A stretch of DNA of 64,000 bases from Actinomycetes bacterium (GTDB lineage: Bacteria > Actinomycetota > Actinomycetes > Nanopelagicales > Nanopelagicaceae): contig JBAXMU010000002.1 of NCBI GenBank assembly GCA_037134155.1, positions 23,848-87,847 of the forward strand. The letters run 5' to 3'. Made by a program: the position numbers and the translations under genes. A model generated the notes under the pieces. It was not told where the DNA came from. It saw only the letters and a list, made by a program, of their open reading frames with translations, and did no database searches. This document shows positions 57,419 through 64,000 of this stretch, piece after piece (the first letter of the stretch is position 1; every line of letters starts with the position of its first letter).

Positions 57419-57526
57419 GGTAGGGCGCCTGCTCTCATTTTTCATAATGAGCGTAGGTGAAGTAATCTTCATCCCTCGCACTATCCAGCAGGCAGATGTC
57501 CTGTGAGAATCAAAAGGAGCACGACC

Positions 57527-57697
57527 ATGGCAAGCAAGAGCGCGGATGTCCGCCCAAAGATCACTATGGCCTGTGTCGAGTGCAAAGAGCGTAACTACAT
57601 CACCAAGAAGAATCGTCGTAACGATCCAGATCGCCTTGAGTTGAAGAAGTTCTGCCCACGTTGCAAGCTCTCAACAACACATCGCGAGACTCGCTAA
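57527..57697 (+). CDS. rpmG: 50S ribosomal protein L33
   Basis: [32 protein letters not shown]..., CxxC...CxxC type, AAGGAG Shine-Dalgarno upstream. Confidence 0.95.
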   Translation: MASKSADVRPKITMACVECKERNYITKKNRRNDPDRLELKKFCPRCKLSTTHRETR

Positions 57698-57700
57698 CTA

Positions 57701-58084
57701 ATGCTCAATCCCGACATCGTCGGGCGCACCTTTCCCGGTGCTGTTGCTTTTGCGGTTTCTCAAGAATCCATCACTGAATTTTGCACCGCTATTGGCGAAC
57801 CGAATTTCGAGGTCGCACCTCCTACCTACACCATCAAGATCACACTCACTGAATCTGAAGCGCTGCTAAAAGAATCTGGGCTCGATTGGAGTCGAGTCGT
57901 TCATGGCGATCAAAAATTTGAGATTCATCGTCCAATCGTTGCCGGTGATGCGCTGATCTGCTCATCAACTATCGAGAGTGCTCGGGTAGTCGCTGGAAAT
58001 GAAATCGTCTCTGTGCGATCTGATCTTCACAATGGCGATGTACTTGTCGCATCTTCGTGGTCAACGTTGGTCGTGCGCGCATGA
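57701..58084 (+). CDS. MaoC/hotdog-fold dehydratase subunit (HadA-like, non-catalytic partner)
   Basis: Hotdog-fold size and position directly after rpmG, paired with the catalytic subunit downstream. Confidence 0.65.
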   Translation: MLNPDIVGRTFPGAVAFAVSQESITEFCTAIGEPNFEVAPPTYTIKITLTESEALLKESGLDWSRVVHGDQKFEIHRPIVAGDALICSSTIESARVVAGNEIVSVRSDLHNGDVLVASSWSTLVVRA

Positions 58085-58482
58085 GCACATATGCCGTCGG
58101 CCAGGAATTAACTCCCACCACATTCATTATTAATCGCGCACTTCTCATCGGTTATGCCAACGCGAGTGGTGATCAGAATCCGATCCATCAGGATGAAGCC
58201 TTCGCAAAGTCGGTCGGACTCGAAAACGTTATTGCCCACGGCATGTTCACCATGGCCCTTGCTGGCCGCTATGTCAGCGCTCTTCAAGGTAGCGCCGCAG
58301 TAAGAGAGTTCTCGGCTCGATTTGTGAAGCCCGTGGTTGTGCCCGCTGATACCGATGTCGAACTCATAGTCAGCGGAAAAGTTCTTGAGGTCACCGAGAG
58401 CACCGCAAAGATTGAAATTTCTGCCTACTGCAACGATGTAAAAGTCTTAGGTATGGCCAAAGCAGTTATTGCGCTCTCATGA
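58081..58482 (+). CDS. MaoC-family (R)-specific hydratase/dehydratase subunit (HadB-like)
   Basis: Hydratase motif SGDQNPIHQDEAFAK..G....IAHGM. ATGA overlap with the upstream subunit gene. Confidence 0.8.
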   Translation: MSTYAVGQELTPTTFIINRALLIGYANASGDQNPIHQDEAFAKSVGLENVIAHGMFTMALAGRYVSALQGSAAVREFSARFVKPVVVPADTDVELIVSGKVLEVTESTAKIEISAYCNDVKVLGMAKAVIALS

Positions 58483-59384
58483 CAACTGTCCCAGAATCAG
58501 TTATTGAATTAGCCCGCGCCCGCCAAGCGGCCCGCGCGGCAAAGGATTTTGCGCTATCGGACTCACTTCGCGATCAGATCCTGCATCATGGCTTTGAAGT
58601 GGTCGATGTTGATGGCGGATTTAGCTTTCGAGCAAAGAATCCCTTCCCGGTCTATTCCCGAATCGGAGATCTGCGGACTTTCACCGATAAGCGCTTTCCG
58701 ATCTCGATCGGATTAATTCTCGATGGCTTTATCGAAGATGCGATCACATCGATTGCCGCGATCAAGAAATTTGCCCCAGCCGATACTGCGATTCTGATTA
58801 TGGTGAGTGGAACACCTGATCTTGGCAACCTTGCGCTTGAACTCGATGATCGCACTTTCATTGCGCAGATTAATTCAGGAGTGGGTTGGGCTGAAGCAGC
58901 GAATGCTGTGCTCAAACTTTCGCCATCACCATACGCCGTCATCATGGATCCATCGACAATATTCACGGGCGATGCCATAACACCAGCTCTAACGATCCTG
59001 GAAGCAGGGGAGTACAGCGCAGTTGGCTGGCACGGTGGACTCATCAATATCGATGATGAATGGCGAAGCGTTGAAGACAAAGGCGCCGGCGATGTCGATG
59101 TTCTCTTCAGTTACTTCATGGCGCTCAATGTCGAACATGCACAAGGCGCGGGCGGTTTTAACAATCGCGCGATCTATTATCGAAATGCCGATATCGAATT
59201 CTCACTCAGACTCCGTCAGGCTCGTGGCCGCCTGTTGCAGATGGATCTTCCGCTCGAGCAAGCTAGGCATCACGGGTACTACGACACCGAAGAGACCTTC
59301 CGCGATGAGCAGTCGAAGAAGACTTACGACCGAATCCTTGAGCGCTTTCGAGGCAAGAACGAGATTCTCACCGATCGCAGGTAG
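58479..59384 (+). CDS. hypothetical protein: CysRS C-terminal-like helical N-domain fused to a GT-A (glycosyltransferase-like) fold
   Basis: N-terminus ELARARQAARAAKDFALSDSLRDQILHHGFEV mirrors the tail of the cysS product in this window. ATGA overlap with the upstream gene. Confidence 0.5.
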   Translation: MTTVPESVIELARARQAARAAKDFALSDSLRDQILHHGFEVVDVDGGFSFRAKNPFPVYSRIGDLRTFTDKRFPISIGLILDGFIEDAITSIAAIKKFAPADTAILIMVSGTPDLGNLALELDDRTFIAQINSGVGWAEAANAVLKLSPSPYAVIMDPSTIFTGDAITPALTILEAGEYSAVGWHGGLINIDDEWRSVEDKGAGDVDVLFSYFMALNVEHAQGAGGFNNRAIYYRNADIEFSLRLRQARGRLLQMDLPLEQARHHGYYDTEETFRDEQSKKTYDRILERFRGKNEILTDRR

Positions 59385-59393
59385 CCTTTGGTT

Positions 59394-60407
59394 ATGAGCC
59401 GGCTCGCTGATTACACCACCCTTGGGGTTGGCGGTCCTGCACGCACTTTGGTTCATGCAACCACTGAAGCCGAACTTATCTCGGCAATTGATGCCGCAGA
59501 TTCTGCTGGTGAACCACTCCTGATTATCGGTGGCGGATCCAATATCTTGATAGGCGACGATGGCTTTGCCGGAACAGTGATCCGAGTAGAGACCGCTGGA
59601 AACTCTTATGAGATCGATGCCTGTAGTGGTGGCATGCTTCAAGTTGCTGCTGGCGTCGGGTGGGATGAATTTGTGGCCTTCACCATCGAGAAGGGCTTGG
59701 CCAATCTAGAGTCACTCAGCGGAATTCCCGGGACTGTTGGTGGAGCTCCGATTCAAAACATTGGCGCATATGGCCACGACGTCTCTGAAGTGATTGCGCG
59801 GGTTCGCACATACGACCGCGTCGCTAAAGCAGTGAAGACCTTTACCGCCGCTGAATGCGGATTCTCCTATCGCAGTTCGATCTTTAAAGAGTCCGGGGAT
59901 CGCTTCGTCATCCTCGATGTCACCTTCCACCTACGTCGCGGTGAAGAGTCACTCGCCATTGCGTATCCAGAACTCGCTAACGAATTAGGTGTACGAATCG
60001 GCGATCGCGCACCTGTAACTAAAGTGCGTGAAGCCGTTTTGAAGTTACGAGCCAAGAAGGGAATGCTCGAAGGAATGGGCATTGCATCTGCCGGGTCATT
60101 CTTCACAAATCCAGTCGTCTCCCACACCGTTGCAGAAGCACTTCCGATAGATGCACCACGGTGGCCGCAGGAAGATGGATCAGTCAAACTCTCTGCTGCC
60201 TGGTTGATGGAGAATGCTGGTGTGGCAAAAGGTGAACGGGTCGGAAATGCAGCGATCTCTGATCATCATGTTTTAGCGCTTACAAACGCTGGTTCTGCTA
60301 CTGCTGCAGAGATTGTTGAACTTGCTAGGTCTGCACAAGCACGAGTGAAGAGCGCATTTGGAATTACACTAGAACCAGAGGTTCAATTTGTGGGCGTAAA
60401 GCTTTAA
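59394..60407 (+). CDS. murB: UDP-N-acetylenolpyruvoylglucosamine reductase
   Basis: YTTLGVGGPA, LIIGGGSNIL, GIPGTVGGAPIQNIGAYG. An alternative TTG start lies at 59388. Confidence 0.9.
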   Translation: MSRLADYTTLGVGGPARTLVHATTEAELISAIDAADSAGEPLLIIGGGSNILIGDDGFAGTVIRVETAGNSYEIDACSGGMLQVAAGVGWDEFVAFTIEKGLANLESLSGIPGTVGGAPIQNIGAYGHDVSEVIARVRTYDRVAKAVKTFTAAECGFSYRSSIFKESGDRFVILDVTFHLRRGEESLAIAYPELANELGVRIGDRAPVTKVREAVLKLRAKKGMLEGMGIASAGSFFTNPVVSHTVAEALPIDAPRWPQEDGSVKLSAAWLMENAGVAKGERVGNAAISDHHVLALTNAGSATAAEIVELARSAQARVKSAFGITLEPEVQFVGVKL

Positions 60408-60417
60408 CCTGAAGAGA

Positions 60418-61626
60418 CTACTTGGCCTCTGAAAGTAAGTTCTTTACGCGGGTAATTCCTTCAACAATATCCTCATCGCTTAGCGCGTATGAGAAACGAA
60501 GGTAGCCAGAAGGACCAAAAGCCTCACCTGGAACCGCCGCGACTTCTGCTTCTTCAAGAATCAAGGTTGCAAGTTCGGCCGAGGTCTGTGGGCGCTTGCC
60601 CCGGATCTCCTTGCCTAGCAACGCTTTCACAGATGGGTAGACGTAGAAGGCACCAGTTGGAGTTGGGCAGAGGACACCAGGAATCTCATTGAGCATCGAG
60701 ACAATGAGTTTGCGGCGGCGATCAAATGCGACGCCCATTTCATGGACTGCATCGAGGTTGCCTGTAAGAGCAGCAATTGCCGCACGTTGTGCGACGTTAT
60801 TAACGTTTGACGATAGGTGCGACTGTAAGTTGGTCGCTGCCTTGATGACATCCTTTGGTCCAACCATCCAGCCAACGCGCCAGCCAGTCATTGCGTATGT
60901 CTTTGCAACGCCGTTGAGAATGATGGTGCGATCTGCCATCGCAGGAACAAGTACAGGAAGAGATGGTGCAGTGGCGCCGTCATATAAGAGGTGCTCATAA
61001 ATCTCATCTGTGATCACCCAGATGCCATGTTCGAGCGCCCATTCGCCAATCGCCTTCACTTGATCAGCAGAATAAACCGAACCGGTTGGGTTTGATGGAG
61101 AACAGAAGAGCAGCGCCTTTGTCTTTGGTGTGCGAGCGGCTTCGAGTTGTTCGACAGTAACAAGGTAGTTCTGAGATTCATCAGCAAATACTTCAACAGC
61201 AGTGCCGCCAGCTAACTTGATGCACTCTGGATAAGTCGTCCAATACGGAGCAGGAAGAATGACTTCATCGCCTGGATCGATAATCGATGCGAAAGATTGA
61301 TAGACCGCCTGCTTGCCACCATTGGTAACGAGAACCTGATCTGCAGTGATCACATAGTTGGAGTCACGGAGGGTCTTGGCGACGATCGCCTCACGAAGTT
61401 CAGGTAGCCCTGGAGTTGGTGTATATCGGTGGTTTGCTGGGGTAGCCGCAGCCTTCACAGCCGCTTCGACGATATAGGCCGGAGTTGGAAAGTCAGGCTC
61501 ACCTGCGCCAAAGCCAATTACTGGCCGGCCAGCTGCCTTAAGGGCCTTCGCCTTGGCATCCACTGCAAGGGTCGCAGATTCAGCGATGGCAGCGATTCGG
61601 GCAGATACGCGTGGTTTTTCGCTCAT
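60418..61626 (-). CDS. PLP-dependent aminotransferase, aspartate aminotransferase class I
   Basis: [30 protein letters not shown] (PLP lysine). Start taken at MSEKPR. Confidence 0.85.
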   Translation of the reverse strand: MSEKPRVSARIAAIAESATLAVDAKAKALKAAGRPVIGFGAGEPDFPTPAYIVEAAVKAAATPANHRYTPTPGLPELREAIVAKTLRDSNYVITADQVLVTNGGKQAVYQSFASIIDPGDEVILPAPYWTTYPECIKLAGGTAVEVFADESQNYLVTVEQLEAARTPKTKALLFCSPSNPTGSVYSADQVKAIGEWALEHGIWVITDEIYEHLLYDGATAPSLPVLVPAMADRTIILNGVAKTYAMTGWRVGWMVGPKDVIKAATNLQSHLSSNVNNVAQRAAIAALTGNLDAVHEMGVAFDRRRKLIVSMLNEIPGVLCPTPTGAFYVYPSVKALLGKEIRGKRPQTSAELATLILEEAEVAAVPGEAFGPSGYLRFSYALSDEDIVEGITRVKNLLSEAK

Positions 61627-61787
61627 ATGCGAAGTATGCCTCACCCAGGCTGATGGAGGAGATCCGAGCTGGATCCGAGCTGGGTGGGAGGCAGAAACCG
61701 AGTTTGGTGTAATCGGGTCTCGCCTCTAGACTTCTCGATCTGGCGCTTGCAAAAGGTCATGATGACTCATGCCTAAGTGACGCCCGA

Positions 61788-61861
61788 AGGGTAGTAGCTC
61801 AATTGGCTAGAGTTGCCGTCTCCAAAGCGGCCGGTTGGGGGTTCGAGTCCCTCCTGCCCTG
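61788..61861 (+). tRNA. tRNA-Trp (anticodon CCA)
   Basis: AGGGTAG/CTGCCCT acceptor stem, anticodon loop CTCCAAA, T-loop TTCGAGT. Canonical position upstream of secE-nusG. Confidence 0.9.
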
Positions 61862-61928
61862 CAAGGTACGTCCATATCTGATGTAAGAAGTAGAAGTTTT
61901 TACGTAGAAGCACTAAGAGAGGTAAGAC

Positions 61929-62153
61929 ATGGCTGACGAAGTTCTTCCAGACCGACAATCCCTCGGGATCTTCGGTCGAATTGGGCTTTTCTATCGCCAA
62001 GTCGTCTCTGAACTCACCAAGGTTGTCTGGCCGACTCGTAATCAGTTGACCACATACACCGCGGTCGTTCTTGTCTTTGTTGCATTCATCATCGCCGTCG
62101 TCTCGCTCCTTGATTTGGTGCTGACGAAGATCATCTTCTTGGTCTTTGGTTAA
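61929..62153 (+). CDS. secE: preprotein translocase subunit SecE
   Basis: 74 aa with V.EL.KV.WPTR.....T..V and a single C-terminal TM segment. Confidence 0.85.
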   Translation: MADEVLPDRQSLGIFGRIGLFYRQVVSELTKVVWPTRNQLTTYTAVVLVFVAFIIAVVSLLDLVLTKIIFLVFG

Positions 62154-62177
62154 TCGGGAAAGGGAGAGAGCGAACTC

Positions 62178-62966
62178 ATGAGCATTGAGAATCCAACATT
62201 CAGCAGCGAAGTCGTGGAAGAAGTCGTTCCCGCACAAGCCCAAGCTGTAGATGCCTTTGAAGCAGCACTTGCTGCAGATTCAGCCCCAGCCACAACTGTC
62301 GAAGAGATCGTTGCTGATGAAGCAGCCGGAGATCTCGATGCGATCATCGCAATCGATGAAGAAGTTGCAGCAGAAGAAGCAGAACTCGAAGATGACGAAC
62401 ATGCAGAGTTCCGTCGTGCGCTCGCTACCGCCGCGGGCGATTGGTATGTAGTCCACTCATACGCTGGTTATGAGAAGAAGGTAAAGGGCAACCTTGCCAA
62501 CCGCGTCCAGGCTCTCAACATGGAGGATTACATCTTCCAGGTAGAAGTTCCGGAAGAAGAAGTTACTGAAATTAAGAATGGCCAGCGCAAGCAGGTTAAG
62601 CGCAATGTCTTCCCTGGTTATGTCTTGGTCCGCATGGATCTCACAGATGAGTCATGGTCATGCGTACGTAATACTCCAGGTGTTACCGGCTTCGTAGGCA
62701 ACGCTCATCATCCTTCGCCTCTCTCACTTCCAGAGGTTGAGAACATCTTGGCTCCACGTCCAGTGAAGAAGTCAGATAAGGCCGATATCAAGCTTGTTGA
62801 TTACGAAATTGGCGAATCCGTCACTGTTATGGATGGCCCATTTGCAACCTTGCCTGCAACGATCTCAGAGATCATGCCAGAACAAGGAAAACTCAAGGTT
62901 CTCGTCTCCATCTTTGGTCGCGAGACTCCAGTCGAACTTTCATTTAACCAAGTACAGAAGATCTAG
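62178..62966 (+). CDS. nusG: transcription termination/antitermination factor NusG, with an acidic N-terminal extension
   Basis: [17 protein letters not shown] start, [10 protein letters not shown]-terminal KOW domain (G..V.V..GPF). Confidence 0.95.
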   Translation: MSIENPTFSSEVVEEVVPAQAQAVDAFEAALAADSAPATTVEEIVADEAAGDLDAIIAIDEEVAAEEAELEDDEHAEFRRALATAAGDWYVVHSYAGYEKKVKGNLANRVQALNMEDYIFQVEVPEEEVTEIKNGQRKQVKRNVFPGYVLVRMDLTDESWSCVRNTPGVTGFVGNAHHPSPLSLPEVENILAPRPVKKSDKADIKLVDYEIGESVTVMDGPFATLPATISEIMPEQGKLKVLVSIFGRETPVELSFNQVQKI

Positions 62967-62976
62967 GAGAACGAAA

Positions 62977-63405
62977 ATGGCACCAAAGAAGAAGATCACA
63001 GCTCTCATCAAGTTGCAGATCCAGGCTGGAGCAGCAACACCTGCACCACCAGTAGGTCCTGCCCTTGGTCAGCATGGTGTCAACATCATGGACTTCGTTA
63101 AGGCGTACAACGCTGAGACCGAAGGTCAAAAGGGTCAGATCATTCCAGTAGAGATCACTGTCTACGAAGATCGCTCATTCACATTTGTCACCAAGACTCC
63201 ACCAGCATCACGCCTCATCTTGAAGGCTGCTGGCATTGAAAAGGGATCAGCGATTCCTCACAAGAACAAGGTTGCCAACATCAGCAAGGCCCAGGTTGAA
63301 GAGATCGCAAAGATCAAGATGCCTGACCTCAATGCAAATGATCTCGAGGCAGCAAGCTTGATCATCGCCGGTACTGCTCGTTCAATGGGTATCACCGTCG
63401 GTTAA
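62977..63405 (+). CDS. rplK: 50S ribosomal protein L11
   Basis: [38 protein letters not shown]... Confidence 0.95.
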   Translation: MAPKKKITALIKLQIQAGAATPAPPVGPALGQHGVNIMDFVKAYNAETEGQKGQIIPVEITVYEDRSFTFVTKTPPASRLILKAAGIEKGSAIPHKNKVANISKAQVEEIAKIKMPDLNANDLEAASLIIAGTARSMGITVG

Positions 63406-63512
63406 TTAGCTTTAATAATTTAATAAGCAACACCCCGTGGGAGGAGCGCGCTGCTCCGTTAACCACAACCCCTAGGTAGGGCACTTCGCACTACCTTTAC
63501 AAAGGAGAAGAA

Positions 63513-64000
63513 ATGAAGCGCGGAAAGAAATACAACGAAGCTGCGGCGAAGGTTGATCAGAAGATCCTTTACTCGCCATCTGCAGCAGTGAAGCTCGCTA
63601 AAGAGACTTCAGTAACGAAGTACGACGCAACTGTTGAAGTTGCACTCACATTGGGCGTTGACCCAAAGAAGGCTGATCAAGCGATCCGCTCAACCGTGAA
63701 CCTTCCACACGGAACAGGTAAGACTGCTCGCGTCTTGGTATTCGCTGGTGGCGCACGTGCTGATGAAGCCCGCGCGGCTGGCGCCGATATCGTCGGTGCA
63801 GATGAATTGATCGATGAGGTCGCAAAGGGTCGTCTCGATTACGACGCAGTTGTCTCAACACCAGAATTGATGGGTAAGGTCGGTCGCCTCGGAAAGGTTC
63901 TCGGACCTCGTGGCTTGATGCCAAACCCAAAGACCGGAACCGTGACCACAGATGTGGCGAAGGCTGTTACAGATATCAAGGCCGGAAAGATCGAATTCCG
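63513..64000 (+). CDS. rplA: 50S ribosomal protein L1, N-terminal two thirds (runs off the window end)
   Basis: [11 protein letters not shown]..., [31 protein letters not shown] Shine-Dalgarno upstream. Confidence 0.95.
   Translation, partial: MKRGKKYNEAAAKVDQKILYSPSAAVKLAKETSVTKYDATVEVALTLGVDPKKADQAIRSTVNLPHGTGKTARVLVFAGGARADEARAAGADIVGADELIDEVAKGRLDYDAVVSTPELMGKVGRLGKVLGPRGLMPNPKTGTVTTDVAKAVTDIKAGKIEF

Noticed and set aside
61773-62243. A 156-aa reverse-strand ORF.
   Set aside because: It overlaps tRNA-Trp and is antisense to secE and the nusG start. It has no motifs and is spurious.
62178-62420. Acidic low-complexity N-terminal region of NusG ([17 protein letters not shown]), considered as a possible separate element or repeat.
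   Set aside because: Acidic N-terminal extensions of NusG are common in actinobacteria. The frame is continuous with the NGN domain.
1-64000. Looked for CRISPR arrays, transposases or integrases, prophage genes, toxin-antitoxin pairs and known defence-system hallmarks, especially next to the four tRNA genes.
   Set aside because: None were found. The only repeats are the short ones reported. The tRNA-flanking genes lack recombinases and att-like duplications of tRNA 3' ends.

Overview
The window is a densely packed and mostly core chromosomal segment of an actinobacterium. Diagnostic genes and gene orders include whiB, mshB, DUF3107 with a TetR regulator, fdxA-dapC, DUF3499 next to phosphomannomutase, sahH-mtrA-mtrB-comF-secA, pdtaS, tRNA-Thr/tRNA-Met-rpmG with a MaoC dehydratase pair, and tRNA-Trp-secE-nusG-rplK-rplA. 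GC content looks moderate by eye. Spacers are very short, with many ATGA or TAATG overlaps and back-to-back stop codons at convergent gene pairs. This fits a genome-streamlined, possibly planktonic, lineage.

I saw no transposase, integrase, CRISPR array, rRNA gene or recognisable defence system. Four tRNA genes are present (Tyr, Thr, Met, Trp).

The notable content is two tightly coupled gene sets devoted to nucleoside scavenging, about twenty genes by my own annotation:
- Set 1 (859..12091) has divergent rbsK, then a BMP-type ABC importer, a Qng1/DUF2419 queuosine-salvage homologue, a nucleoside 2-deoxyribosyltransferase-family protein, an MFS transporter, an IUNH hydrolase and two tandem nucleoside phosphorylases.
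- Set 2 (44024..53738) has an IUNH hydrolase, then deoC, an ALDH and a catalytic-domain-less ALDH paralogue. These sit convergent with psuG-psuK-cdd-add-P450-IUNH.

The cytochrome P450 is translationally coupled inside a pseudouridine/cytidine/adenosine catabolic operon, and it has Ala at the conserved I-helix Thr. This P450 and the Qng1-NDT-MFS-IUNH module are my best candidates for undescribed modified-nucleoside recycling systems.

Other points of interest:
- dapC appears to have no canonical start codon.
- lpqB, tmk and hpf are missing from their conserved slots.
- An orphan SAF plus ParA-like pair has a degenerate P-loop.
- A CysRS C-terminal-like domain is fused to a GT-A-like protein.
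- Repeat and palindrome architecture lies upstream of cysK.

All functional calls come from motif recognition by eye. No searches were run.
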